A stretch of 64,000 nucleotides of DNA, taken from assembly GCA_049521795.1 (NCBI GenBank), contig JBEKOM010000003.1:128001-192000 (forward strand), given 5' to 3'. Below the pieces are notes generated by a model. It saw only the letters and a program-made list of their open reading frames with translations. It was not told the DNA's origin and did not search any database. The DNA is from Candidatus Bathyarchaeia archaeon (GTDB lineage: Archaea > Thermoproteota > Bathyarchaeia > Bathyarchaeales > Bathycorpusculaceae). A program made the translations under genes and the position numbers. This document shows positions 10,147 through 19,944 of this stretch, one piece after another. Position 1 is the first letter of the stretch. Every line of letters starts with the position of its first letter.

Positions 10147-10944
10147 ATGTCAAAAAGGCTGAACCCTGGCAAGCTGCAAGAAGGTTCAAGAACCAGACTC
10201 TTGGGCAAAAGCATCCTCTTCTCAAAGGAAGTCGCCTCAACAAACCAGTGGGCCAAGAAGCTGGCGAGCCAAGGCGCCCCAGAGGGCTGGATCACGATCG
10301 CAGAAACTCAAACCCACGGGCGGGGAAGACTCGACCGCGAATGGATCTCACCGCTTGGGGGGCTGTGGTTCTCGTTGATTCTCAGGCCTAAACAAGGCTT
10401 GGCGAAGACTGCCGAACTCACATTCGTGGCCGGGGTCGCGGTTGCCGAGACTCTGCATGAACAGTACGGCCTGAGGACTCAGACAAAGTGGCCAAACGAC
10501 GTACTCGTGAACGGACGAAAGATCTGCGGCATTCTCGGGGAGGCGACCACGAAGGGCAAAGAAATCGGCGCTGTCGTCTTGGGAATCGGGATAAACGCCA
10601 ACTTCGATGCGGAACGAGTCTTGCCAGAATCGATCAGAGCAAGGACCACGTCGTTGGAAACCGAACTCAACCGAACAATTCAGCTGGAAGAACTCTTCAG
10701 CAGACTGCTCGAGAAGCTGGAAACGATATATGCACTTTACTCGAGAAGAGGCTTCAGCTCGATTCTTAGAAGATGGAAAAGGTATGCTGGCTTCCTTGGC
10801 CAAGAGGTCGAAGTGACGGAAAGAAACGAGAAGGTCAGAGGCTTGGCCTACGACGTGGACAAGGACGGATCCCTGATTCTCAAGCTTGAGAACGGAACCT
10901 TCAAACATGTTTTCGCCGGAGACGTGTCCCTGCGGACAAAGTGA
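10147..10944 (+). CDS. birA: Biotin--protein ligase
   Basis: STN, QTHGRGR, KWPND, KICGIL, GIGIN. Confidence 0.93.
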   Translation: MSKRLNPGKLQEGSRTRLLGKSILFSKEVASTNQWAKKLASQGAPEGWITIAETQTHGRGRLDREWISPLGGLWFSLILRPKQGLAKTAELTFVAGVAVAETLHEQYGLRTQTKWPNDVLVNGRKICGILGEATTKGKEIGAVVLGIGINANFDAERVLPESIRARTTSLETELNRTIQLEELFSRLLEKLETIYALYSRRGFSSILRRWKRYAGFLGQEVEVTERNEKVRGLAYDVDKDGSLILKLENGTFKHVFAGDVSLRTK

Positions 10945-11091
10945 AAACGGTCTACCAAGACGACTCTCACTCATCGGAAACACGTGAAAAACGCTCCACG
11001 AGGCCTCTGCATCAGAAGCCAGACTCAACTACGTCTTGGGATCAAACAAAAATGGAAGTATGTCTGCAATTGGGCTGCCGTTAAAAAAATC

Positions 11092-11310
11092 CTAGGCCAA
11101 GGCTTTGAGCTTTGCGATCAGTTCCTTCTTCAGCCTTTCGTTTCCCTGAATCTGGGTTCTGGCCTTTCGCCAGTCTGTGGAGCAATTTCCGTAGCTCGAC
11201 TGCTCACCGATGTACTTGTGGATGACCTCGTCAACTTTGCCCTTGTTCTTGTCGGTCACTTTGACACCGGCCTCTTTCAGCACGTCGTTAAACCACTTCC
11301 AGCAAGCCAA
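11092..11310 (-). CDS. Small hypothetical protein
   Basis: 72 aa, AGGTGA upstream, co-oriented with the isc genes. Confidence 0.65.
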   Translation of the reverse strand: MACWKWFNDVLKEAGVKVTDKNKGKVDEVIHKYIGEQSSYGNCSTDWRKARTQIQGNERLKKELIAKLKALA

Positions 11311-11372
11311 CGCACATCACCTTTCAACACGCAAGTTTTACGCGTTCCATGCTTAAAACTTTCTGTCCTCAG

Positions 11373-11534
11373 CTATTTTGCCTTTGCTTTCTTCTGCTCG
11401 TACCGCTCAGCGCATCTGACGCAGCAGAAGGCGTACTCTTTTCCGTCTATCGTAGTCGTGTAAGCCGCGAGCCTGCACGTTTCTAACGGTATCTCAGCGT
11501 TGCAGTATTCGCATTTGACGAACTTGGGCTTCAT
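11373..11534 (-). CDS. TRASH/YHS metal-binding protein (53 aa, not in ORF track)
   Basis: MKPKFVKCEYC...IDGKEYAFCCVRC; ATGA overlap with the iscU stop. Confidence 0.8.
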   Translation of the reverse strand: MKPKFVKCEYCNAEIPLETCRLAAYTTTIDGKEYAFCCVRCAERYEQKKAKAK

Positions 11535-11917
11535 CCTTTCACCTCTTTGGCCTTCTGTCTCTTGTAATAGTCCTCTATAGCAGCGTGCAGCGCGTCAGCT
11601 GCGAGGTTTGAGCAGTGCATCTTGACTGGGGGCAAACCGCCGAGAGAGTCCGCGACGTTGGCGCGGGTGATCTTCATTCCCTCTTCCAATGTTTTTCCTT
11701 TGGCCAGCTCCGTGATCATGCTGCTCGTCGCGATCGCTGACCCGCAGCCGAAAGTCTTGAACTTGATGTCTTCGAGACGATTGTCCTTGACCTTTATGTA
11801 GATGGTCATGAGGTCTCCGCAGACAGGGTTACCAACCGTGCCCACACCGTCCGCATCCGGGATCTCGCCCATGTTCCGTGGGTTTCTGAAGTGTTCCATC
11901 ACTTTCTCAGTGTACAT
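11531..11917 (-). CDS. iscU: Fe-S cluster scaffold IscU/NifU
   Basis: HFRNPRN, GNPVCGD, FGCGSAIA, LPPVKMHCSNL. Confidence 0.95.
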   Translation of the reverse strand: MYTEKVMEHFRNPRNMGEIPDADGVGTVGNPVCGDLMTIYIKVKDNRLEDIKFKTFGCGSAIATSSMITELAKGKTLEEGMKITRANVADSLGGLPPVKMHCSNLAADALHAAIEDYYKRQKAKEVKG

Positions 11918-13101
11918 CAGGCGTTCAGCTCCTTCGGAGTTAACGGCGATATCGCTCTTAACCTTTTTACTATGCCTGGCATCAAGCCTATCACGTAATC
12001 AACCTGCTGCTCAGTGTTTTCCTTCCCCAGAGTGAACATCAGGGAACCATGTGCTTCCTCATGCTTGAGTCCAATCGCTAGCAACACGTGCGAGGGTTCC
12101 AAGGTCTTTGCTGTGCAGGCTGAACCTGACGACGCATAGACACCCATCAGGTCAAGGCTCAGCAGCATTGATTCACCCTCTATGAAACTGTATCTGACTG
12201 AAACGTTGTCAGGCAGTCGTTCGGTCGGATGCCCATTCAGGAATGAGTATGGAATTGGCTTCAACAAACCCTCAATGAGTCTGTCCCTCAACCTCGTCAG
12301 CTGGGCGCAATTAGTCTGCATTTCCTTCTTGGCTATTTCGGCAGCTTTTCCGAAACCAACTATGCCGGGCACATTTTCTGTTCCTGACCTTAACCCCCGT
12401 TCCTGTCCGCCGCCGTGTAACAATGGTTCGACGGGCACTCCTGTCTTTATGTAAAGGGCACCGACACCCTTAGGGCCGCACATGTCGTTGGAGGAGATCG
12501 TGAGCAGGTCTATGTTCTCGTTTTTCACGTCTATCGGAACCTGCCCGCAGGCGGCTGTGGCATCTACATGGAGGTAAGCATTCTTGCTGTGCACGATTTT
12601 GCTGATTTCCCTTATGTGTTCAACTGTTCCTATTTCGCCGTTTGCGTACACGATGGAAACGAGGATTGTCTTGTCGGTCAACACCTTTTCCAGGTTTTCG
12701 AGAATCACAAAACCGTACTTGTCAACTGGGACGTAGACGGATTCGAATCCTCTTGTGGTCAGGAATTTGAACGAGTTGACCACTGACATGTGCTCAATCG
12801 CTGACGTTATTATTCGTGTTCCATGATCCTTGTTCCGGTTTGCAACTCCTTTTATTGCCATGTTGTTGCTCTCAGTGGCTCCTGAAGTGAAAATTACAGA
12901 CTCCCTTTTTTCAGCGTTAATCAATTCAGCAACTTTTGCCCTTGCGTCTTCAAGGCCGCGCTTAGCTTCTTGTCCGAACGCGTGCAAGGATGAAGCGTTG
13001 CCGAAAGACGATTCCATATACGGGAGCATGGCCTCTGTGACCCGAGGGTCTACAGGTTTTCCAGCCGAATGGTCCATGTAAACTCGCTGCGTCGCCGACA
13101 T
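11917..13101 (-). CDS. iscS: Cysteine desulfurase IscS/NifS
   Basis: FTSGATESNN, GGGQERGLRSGT, SSGSACT, PSHVL. Confidence 0.93.
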   Translation of the reverse strand: MSATQRVYMDHSAGKPVDPRVTEAMLPYMESSFGNASSLHAFGQEAKRGLEDARAKVAELINAEKRESVIFTSGATESNNMAIKGVANRNKDHGTRIITSAIEHMSVVNSFKFLTTRGFESVYVPVDKYGFVILENLEKVLTDKTILVSIVYANGEIGTVEHIREISKIVHSKNAYLHVDATAACGQVPIDVKNENIDLLTISSNDMCGPKGVGALYIKTGVPVEPLLHGGGQERGLRSGTENVPGIVGFGKAAEIAKKEMQTNCAQLTRLRDRLIEGLLKPIPYSFLNGHPTERLPDNVSVRYSFIEGESMLLSLDLMGVYASSGSACTAKTLEPSHVLLAIGLKHEEAHGSLMFTLGKENTEQQVDYVIGLMPGIVKRLRAISPLTPKELNA

Positions 13102-13135
13102 GCATCATTCACTCGAACACGCGTTCAGTTGCTTC

Positions 13136-13372
13136 TCATTTAACCTTTCTAATCACTATATGAACTTCGTTTCCTCTCTTGGTCACGCTTACAAGTTCTT
13201 GCTCCAAGTTTTTCACGAGGCTCTTGATGTCTGACTCTGCGGCCGGGTCATCTGCCAAGACCTCCAGCGTCTCGCCGACCTTCAACTCGTCTAGTTCCAT
13301 TCTCGTCTTGAAAACAGGTTCGGGACAGTATAAACCTAAGCAATCCAACGTTCTGTCAGCCTTTTCTTTCAT
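13136..13372 (-). CDS. tusA: Sulfurtransferase TusA family
   Basis: LDCLGLYCPEP, ADDPAA. Confidence 0.9.
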   Translation of the reverse strand: MKEKADRTLDCLGLYCPEPVFKTRMELDELKVGETLEVLADDPAAESDIKSLVKNLEQELVSVTKRGNEVHIVIRKVK

Positions 13373-13469
13373 GACGTCCCCTCATGCACTACAGCTTAGA
13401 GAGAAAAGTAAAAGCCTTTCGCATAATCATCAGTTTTCAACGTGGCCTGTGTCTGCTCTTGTTCCTTGT

Positions 13470-13781
13470 TCACTGAGTTATTTTTATCGCTTGAGTGGGA
13501 CATTGAGTTTCGCATGCCATGCATTTTATGCAGTCTTGTTCTCTCGCAGGATCAGACTTCTTCTCAGAAATAGGGTGTCCAGGCGCGTCCCCCCAATCGA
13601 ACAATGCCACGGGGCAGACTTCCAAGCAGACCCCGTCTCCAGTGCAAACGTCCCAATCTACAGCAACGGTTGTTCCATGCACACCGAGCTTCTTAGGAGG
13701 TTCAACAGGCCCCCAAACGTTGTGACCATTATGTTGACTGACGACACTGCGTTTCTTCTGAAAATCTGGGTCTATCGGCAA
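13470..13781 (-). CDS. zfx: Zinc-containing 7Fe-type ferredoxin
   Basis: N-terminal extension PIDPDF...[18 protein letters not shown]; CTGDGVC..VCP and CIKCMAC..QCP. Confidence 0.85.
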   Translation of the reverse strand: MPIDPDFQKKRSVVSQHNGHNVWGPVEPPKKLGVHGTTVAVDWDVCTGDGVCLEVCPVALFDWGDAPGHPISEKKSDPAREQDCIKCMACETQCPTQAIKITQ

Positions 13782-13920
13782 GACGGTTTCACCATTCAAC
13801 AGCACAGCCGATGGAAATATAACCCTTTTGCTGCATCAGTTGAGCAGTCGGCGTTGGCTCAACAGCGAAAGATTTAAAGATTTGCAGGAAAGCAAGTGTT
13901 GTAACAAAGGAGAAACGCGC

Positions 13921-14535
13921 ATGGAACAGGACAAGTTTTACACTTTGCCAAAACTGCCTTACGATTACGCGGACCTCGTACCGCACATGTCCAAGGAGCA
14001 GTTAACGATACACCACGACAAGCATCATCAGGCGTACGTTAACGGCGCAAACGCGATACTTCAGAAGCTTGACAAGGCGAGGAAAGAGAACGTCGACTTG
14101 GACGTCAAGTCAACTCTGAAAGAGTTGTCATGGAACATAGGGGGACACCTGTTGCATTCCCTGTTCTGGGGCAACCTAGCGCCGCCGAGCAAGGCAGGAG
14201 GAAAACCAGGCGGCAAATTAGGCGATTGGTTGGATGGAGAGTTCGGAAGCTTCGACCGATTCAAGAAGGAGTTTACGCAGGCGGCGACCAGCGTGGAAGG
14301 CTCCGGATGGGCGGCTCTTTCAAGGTGCACGCAGACCAGCAGGCCGCTGATCATGCAGGTAGAGAAACACAACACCAACGTTTATCCTACGTACAAGGTT
14401 CTCATGGTTCTCGACGTGTTCGAGCACGCATATTACATCGACTACAAGAACGACAGAGCCAAATTCGTAGAGGCATTCTGGAACCTCGTCAACTGGAACG
14501 AAGTGAACAAGAGATTCGAAGCAGCTCTGAAGTGA
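13921..14535 (+). CDS. sod: Fe/Mn superoxide dismutase
   Basis: [27 protein letters not shown]; ATG at 13921 after AGGAG. Confidence 0.95.
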   Translation: MEQDKFYTLPKLPYDYADLVPHMSKEQLTIHHDKHHQAYVNGANAILQKLDKARKENVDLDVKSTLKELSWNIGGHLLHSLFWGNLAPPSKAGGKPGGKLGDWLDGEFGSFDRFKKEFTQAATSVEGSGWAALSRCTQTSRPLIMQVEKHNTNVYPTYKVLMVLDVFEHAYYIDYKNDRAKFVEAFWNLVNWNEVNKRFEAALK

Positions 14536-14664
14536 GACAACCGTTGCGGTTTCACTGTCTAAGCAGGAAAACTGAACCCGGATGGTTCAAACTTGAAACG
14601 GAGACCGAACCGTCAAAAATATTAGTTGAAACCGAATGACTATGTCATGAAAAGGGGTCAAGAA

Positions 14665-15036
14665 ATGAGTACCAAACGTTCAATGAACATCGTATACATC
14701 GTGGGAATCATAGTCCTGGTAGCCTTTGGAATATTCACGTGGTGGGTACGACAAGACATCTATCAACAAGTGGCTGGCGTCGACCAATTGGCTGCACTCA
14801 TGTACATCGTGTTGGGATATGGAGCTGTTATTCTTGCTCTGAGTGCGTTGGGATTTAAAGTCAGAGCGGGCTTGAAGTATGTCGCAGGCATCATAGTCTT
14901 AACGGGTTTCGGGGCATTCACATGGTATGCAGAAGCATACGTTTCCCCGCAATTAGGTATCTTCTTTGGTTTCGCGTTGGCGTATATGAGTGCTGTTTTT
15001 GTGCTCTTCTACCTCCTGGGGCGTTACGGAGGCTGA
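14665..15036 (+). CDS. Small membrane protein (about 4 TM)
   Basis: Hydrophobic ORF. Confidence 0.65.
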   Translation: MSTKRSMNIVYIVGIIVLVAFGIFTWWVRQDIYQQVAGVDQLAALMYIVLGYGAVILALSALGFKVRAGLKYVAGIIVLTGFGAFTWYAEAYVSPQLGIFFGFALAYMSAVFVLFYLLGRYGG

Positions 15037-15222
15037 TAACGCCTCTGGGCTTTGGCCAAGGAAACAAACATTTTCTCTAAAACCGTTTTGCCGAAATGGT
15101 CTATGCTCTCTCAATTTAACTTTTCCAGAATGCATTCTTACGCCGGAATACTCTGATTGCAGAGAAATGAAGCGCTTGCGTGCGAAGCGCGTTCCAACTC
15201 TGAGCTGCTCGCTTCTCACGGC

Positions 15223-16185
15223 TCACTTTACAATGAGGATCGGATGCCTCGTATAATGTAAAACATGGTTGGCTACACTGCCAAGCAGTGATCGACTTTC
15301 ACCGCCGTTACCCTTGCCACCCATGACTATGATGTCAAAGTCTTCTTTCTCGGCGATCTCTGAGATTTTTTTAGCCGGGTCTCCTGCCTCAAGTTTCTGT
15401 TCAAAACTCATCCCACTGAGCTTTCCAGCAGCGTCCGCCAGAATGCCTCTTCCAATCGCCATGGAAACTTCAGGCCGCATACTGAACAGGTGCGATTCCT
15501 GGACGTGAAGTAACGTTAGCTTCGCATTGAGTTTTTTGGATAAGGCAGCAGCGCACATCAGTGCCTTTTCGGAATCCTTTGAGCCGTCGATTGGAACAAG
15601 CACCTTTGAAATTTCCTGTTTTTCTCCCCCGACCAGCACGGGTATATCTGCTTGGCGTGACACCTTGTAAGCTACACTTCCCAAGTGCGCTTCCTTCTCT
15701 TTTTGCCCGTTCCGTCCCATGACTATCAAGTCGTAATCTTCCCTGTCAACTTCCTCCATCACAGCTTCGGCCACGCTCTTATGCTCTACAACCTTCTGTT
15801 CAGCGTGTACACCATCCTCTTTGAACGTAATCGCAGCGTCAGCAACGATTTCTTCTCCATGCTGACGATAAAGGCTGGTAAGCTCATCTTCGATTCTTTC
15901 CGAATAGTGTGCACCAGGGGACGTGGGTTCTGGTCCCTCCTCTTGAACCATCACACTGTCAGCCACGGCAGCAGATTCTGTGTCGCCAGAGTCTGTGAGA
16001 CCGCGGCCTACCATCAAGAAGTCTTTGAAGCGACTTCTCATCAGTTCATGAGTAACGACGTGAAAAACCGTTACTTCTGAATTCAGCTTCTTAGCCAGTA
16101 GAATCGCCAATTCCTGACCAGAGAGCGCTCGATCCGAACCATCTGTTAGAAAGAGTATCTTCTTGAAAACCTGTTCACGTTCCAT
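15223..16185 (-). CDS. Tandem universal stress protein
   Basis: Two USP domains with DLIVMG...LGSVA motifs. Confidence 0.9.
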   Translation of the reverse strand: MEREQVFKKILFLTDGSDRALSGQELAILLAKKLNSEVTVFHVVTHELMRSRFKDFLMVGRGLTDSGDTESAAVADSVMVQEEGPEPTSPGAHYSERIEDELTSLYRQHGEEIVADAAITFKEDGVHAEQKVVEHKSVAEAVMEEVDREDYDLIVMGRNGQKEKEAHLGSVAYKVSRQADIPVLVGGEKQEISKVLVPIDGSKDSEKALMCAAALSKKLNAKLTLLHVQESHLFSMRPEVSMAIGRGILADAAGKLSGMSFEQKLEAGDPAKKISEIAEKEDFDIIVMGGKGNGGESRSLLGSVANHVLHYTRHPILIVK

Positions 16186-16381
16186 ACGCCTTCAACCTGC
16201 GTTTCTGTTTAATGTTCATCGTTTTATAAAGTCTTTTCGGAAACGCTGTTCTTTCCCTAGTTACACCGAACACTGTTCCTGTGCACTCTTTCTTTAGTCC
16301 CGTCCCTCGCCGTGTGGACTCGGAGAAACCTTAAGAACGGCTATTACACTGAATCCTTTCGTGCGTGGTTTGAGAATTTTT

Positions 16382-16531
16382 ATGGAAAAGTTTGACTTTC
16401 TGGTAATCGGTGCAGGCTCTGGAATAACAGTGGCCGCGAACGCTGTTGCCAGTGGTCTGAAAACAAGCTTCCAAGAATCTTGTGTGAAGCGACGACGCTT
16501 CGTTCAAGGGAAGCTAAATCGTTATATCTAG
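16382..16531 (+). pseudogene. N-terminal remnant of an FAD-dependent disulfide oxidoreductase
   Basis: MEKFDFLVIGAGSG...ASGLK Rossmann start, then unrelated sequence and a stop after 49 aa. Confidence 0.6.
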
Positions 16532-16555
16532 GGCAACGATAACGCTCAATGCAAA

Positions 16556-16855
16556 ATGGTAAGTGATAGCTTGAACAGGGTCAAGGTTGCAGGCAATAAC
16601 AATAAGCACAAGGTGTTGATGTACGCGATAAGCACCTGTGCCTGGTGTAAGATGACGAAGAGATTCCTGAATGAAAACAACGTGGAGTACGAGTACGTTG
16701 ACGTTGACCTGACCACTGACGAGGACCACGAGAAGATCAGAGAAGACATCATCAGCAGGGGAGGAGAGCCTAGCTTTCCAACGCTGATCATTGACAACGA
16801 GACTGTGATCACCGGTTTTCGCAAAGACAAGATAAAAGAGGCCCTGGATCTTTGA
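16556..16855 (+). CDS. Glutaredoxin family protein
   Basis: CAWC, SFPT, ITGF. Confidence 0.88.
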   Translation: MVSDSLNRVKVAGNNNKHKVLMYAISTCAWCKMTKRFLNENNVEYEYVDVDLTTDEDHEKIREDIISRGGEPSFPTLIIDNETVITGFRKDKIKEALDL

Positions 16856-17406
16856 TTTCCATAGAGAGAGTGCGGCAGAGAGCCGAGGCTGACGCTAAGA
16901 CATACGGTTACTATCTAAACCCTGACCCAGAGTTTCTCAAAGACCTGCTGGAAGGGTTGAAGCGAAACGAGGAGAGATACGGATACCCATCGTGCCCCTG
17001 CAGACGCGCGTCCGGAAAGTTCGAGTTAGACAGAGACATATTCTGTCCATGCGACTATCGAGACCCAGACGTTGCAGAACACGGATGCTGCTACTGCGCG
17101 CTCTTTGTTCGAAAGGACTTGTACGAAGGCAAGACCCCTATCCTTCCGATTCCAGAACGTAGACCCGCGGACAAGCAGGCCAGAGCCTATGCTGCAACTG
17201 CAACTGGAGAGGCAGCTGCTGGAACAGCGGATGAAAAACCGCCTGTAGTGAAGGCTGAGGGCAAGTCTGCTGAAGTGAAGAAGAAACTATGGTACTGCAA
17301 GCAATGCGGTTACGTTGTGTTTCGCGAAGACCCACCGTACGTTTGCCCGATATGCAAGGCCAAGAGAGAAATGTTTGCAGAAATAGAGATCAGCCCAAGC
17401 GGGTAG
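16852..17406 (+). CDS. Ferredoxin:thioredoxin(disulfide) reductase catalytic subunit fused to a rubredoxin-like domain
   Basis: CPCR, CPCDY, CYC, then CKQCGY...CPIC. Confidence 0.88.
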   Translation: MISIERVRQRAEADAKTYGYYLNPDPEFLKDLLEGLKRNEERYGYPSCPCRRASGKFELDRDIFCPCDYRDPDVAEHGCCYCALFVRKDLYEGKTPILPIPERRPADKQARAYAATATGEAAAGTADEKPPVVKAEGKSAEVKKKLWYCKQCGYVVFREDPPYVCPICKAKREMFAEIEISPSG

Positions 17407-17427
17407 GACGAAAAAAGAGATCCCCCT

Positions 17428-17577
17428 TCACTTTGTGACTCTTATTTCGATTCTCTTCCAAGTCTTGTTTATCCCCCGCAGGGACGTAACTGCGCCCACA
17501 ACGGTTCCGCCGAGAATCTTATCGACGAATTCGTTCAGGGGGATCTCTTCACCGTCAACCGAGAGTTTGGTTTCCAG
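17428..17577 (-). CDS. Small protein resembling the MobB C-terminal domain (49 aa, CTG start)
   Basis: ETKLSVDGEEIPLNEFVDKILGGTVVGAVTSLRG; GAGGTGA upstream. Confidence 0.55.
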   Translation of the reverse strand: METKLSVDGEEIPLNEFVDKILGGTVVGAVTSLRGINKTWKRIEIRVTK

Positions 17578-17653
17578 AAGTCATCACCTCTAAACTAAGT
17601 TAGCGAGTTAAGTGTAAAAGTTTTCTGTAAACCTTTTAGGCAGAGGCAGACCA

Positions 17654-18337
17654 TTGAAAAGTGGCAAGAGAATGAAGGATAAGACGAAGTTTACGGAGAA
17701 GGAAAACAGGAGCAGAGTGTTGAGGATAATCGGTGTTCTGGAGAAGGAGTTTCCCGACGCTAAGATAGCTCTGAACTACACTAGTCCTCTTGAGCTTCTG
17801 GTCGCTACGATTCTTTCCGCACAGTGCACGGATGAAAGGGTTAACATTGTGACAGAGTCGCTTTTCAAGAAGTACAGGAAGGCAGAGGACTATGCAAAAG
17901 CCGACCTTGCTGAGCTTGAAGGGGAGGTAAGGTCAACGGGCTTCTACAGGAACAAGGCGAGAAACATCAGGAACGCTGGGGAAATGCTCGTTGAAAAGTT
18001 TAATTCTCACGTTCCGAAGACGATGGAGGAGATTCTACAGCTGCCCGGCGTTGCTAGGAAAACGGCTAACATAGTTCTTCAGAACGCGTACGGCGTTGTT
18101 GAAGGAATAGCCGTTGACACCCACGTGCAAAGAGTCGCAGCAAGACTTGGACTCACGGCAAATGAGGACCCGGACAAGATAGAACAGGACTTGATGACCA
18201 TTGTGCCAAGGGATAAGTGGATGAGGATAACAGACCTGCTTATCTTTCTTGGAAGAAGAGTCTGCACAGCAAAGAAGCCTAAGTGTGAAGTGTGCGTTTT
18301 AAACAAGCTGTGTCCATCTGCCTTCACCTTCGCCTGA
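17654..18337 (+). CDS. nth: Endonuclease III
   Basis: LSAQCTD, LPGVARKTAN, AVDTHV, C-terminal Fe-S Cys cluster. Confidence 0.95.
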   Translation: MKSGKRMKDKTKFTEKENRSRVLRIIGVLEKEFPDAKIALNYTSPLELLVATILSAQCTDERVNIVTESLFKKYRKAEDYAKADLAELEGEVRSTGFYRNKARNIRNAGEMLVEKFNSHVPKTMEEILQLPGVARKTANIVLQNAYGVVEGIAVDTHVQRVAARLGLTANEDPDKIEQDLMTIVPRDKWMRITDLLIFLGRRVCTAKKPKCEVCVLNKLCPSAFTFA

Positions 18338-18415
18338 CAGGTTTAGCGTCGATTTATAAGGTGCAGAGCACGTATCCTTTTAGATTGAAAGGTCGTTTAT
18401 GAAAAGTGGAGGGGG

Positions 18416-19378
18416 TTGAGGTTGGCAACTCAGCATGTTGATGGTCCGAAAATCGTGGTTGTAGGCGCGGGTTTCGTAGGATCAACGTTTGCCTACTCCC
18501 TGCTGATTCGAGGGTTGGCTTCTCAAATCGCGATCATAGACGTTAACAGGGAGCGAGCAGAGGGGGAGGTCATGGATCTGAACCATGGTCTGCCCTTCGC
18601 GTACCCGACTAGAATTTGGGCAGGCGATTACTCTGACTGTGAAGGCGCTGACATAGTGGTCATCGCGGTGGACAAGGGACAGAGGATTGAGCAGTCACGG
18701 TTAGAACTGGCCGACGGCAACTTTCAGGTTATGAAGCAGATAATTCCAAACGTCACCAGGTACAACAAGGAGTGCATACTGCTCGTGGTGACCAACCCGC
18801 TGGACGTCATGACTTACGCGGCTCTCAAACTGTCCGGACTGCCGAAGAACAGGGTGATCGGGTCTGGAACGATCTTGGACACGGCGCGGCTTCGTTACCT
18901 GCTCGGCGAGTACCTTCAAGTCGACCCTAGGAACGTGCACGCGTACATCATCGGCGAACACGGAGACAGCGAAGTGCCCGTGTGGAGCCTCGCAAACGTT
19001 GCCGGAATCAGGCTGAAAGACTATTGCCCAATATGCAAGGTTCCGTACAACATGGAAGATTTCAACAATCTCTTCTTGAAGGTGCGAAGCGCCGGAGTCG
19101 AGATCATAAGGCGAAAGGGCAGAACGTTCTACGCAGTCGCCCTGGGAATGACGAAGATCGTGGAAAGCATACTTCGAAACGAGAACGCGGTGGTGACTGT
19201 GTCCTGTTTGCTGGAAGACTATCACGGCGTCAGCGACGTGTGCCTAAGCGTCCCAGTGGTCCTAGGCCGAGAAGGCGTTAAGGAGATCATAGAGCTCCCC
19301 TTAGACGAGAAGGAGAAAGCAGAATTCCAAGAATCGGCAGCAATCATTAAGAACGTTGTGAATTCCCTAGGGTTTTAG
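18416..19378 (+). CDS. ldh: L-lactate dehydrogenase
   Basis: GAGFVG, VTNPLD, SGTILDTARLR, GEHGDS; Gln at the specificity position. Confidence 0.85.
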   Translation: MRLATQHVDGPKIVVVGAGFVGSTFAYSLLIRGLASQIAIIDVNRERAEGEVMDLNHGLPFAYPTRIWAGDYSDCEGADIVVIAVDKGQRIEQSRLELADGNFQVMKQIIPNVTRYNKECILLVVTNPLDVMTYAALKLSGLPKNRVIGSGTILDTARLRYLLGEYLQVDPRNVHAYIIGEHGDSEVPVWSLANVAGIRLKDYCPICKVPYNMEDFNNLFLKVRSAGVEIIRRKGRTFYAVALGMTKIVESILRNENAVVTVSCLLEDYHGVSDVCLSVPVVLGREGVKEIIELPLDEKEKAEFQESAAIIKNVVNSLGF

Positions 19379-19434
19379 AGGCGCCGAAGACGGGCTGGCT
19401 AGTCTCAAAATTCGCAGAAAACACGTTTTCAAAA

Positions 19435-19486
19435 GCTTATACATTTTGCTTATACGTTTTGCTTATACACTTTGCACATACGCTTA
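19435..19486. repeat. Four tandem 13-bp repeats (consensus GCTTATACRTTTT)
   Basis: Units start at 19435, 19448, 19461 and 19474. Confidence 0.8.
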
Positions 19487-19514
19487 GCAGGCATTGTTGA
19501 AAACGGACGCTGCG

Positions 19515-19745
19515 CTATCTTCCATAGATTCTGACTTGCTTCTCTACTTTTCGCATAAAATCTTGAATCATCGGTTGCATAGCTTCAGGGTATCGAGAGA
19601 TGCACGTGGCCTTTTCGTTTGGCTTTAGGAAGCATTGCATTAGCTTCTTTTGCAGGATTTCCTGCTGGACTTGCCTTCCGACTTTCCAGCTGAGCTTCAT
19701 GTTGTCGATGGTTTCACCGTTGAGCAGTGTACTCTTTTTCTTCAT
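19515..19745 (-). CDS. Hypothetical protein
   Basis: 76-aa ORF with AGGTG upstream. Confidence 0.45.
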   Translation of the reverse strand: MKKKSTLLNGETIDNMKLSWKVGRQVQQEILQKKLMQCFLKPNEKATCISRYPEAMQPMIQDFMRKVEKQVRIYGR

Positions 19746-19944
19746 GTCTTCGGCACCTGTTTGATCATGGTTTATATCATGAATCTTAAGATAACATTTC
19801 TTTCAGATCCCGATACGTATCGAAAAGCGGAATATTCCGGCCTTCATAAGTTGAAAACCATTTCTGATTCCTCATGGGTGGTGGCCATTTTTTTCCACAA
19901 CGCTATTGAGCACTGACCACTGTCTGATTTATCGGTGGAGCAGG

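Noticed and set aside
10348-11463. Long ORFs 10348-11028 (-) and 10984-11463 (+), and similar shadows such as 13179-13877 and 53831-54427
   Set aside because: They overlap well-supported genes on the opposite strand and lack recognisable motifs
19435-19486. Possible CRISPR array
   Set aside because: The 13-bp units are contiguous with no spacers, and there are no cas genes
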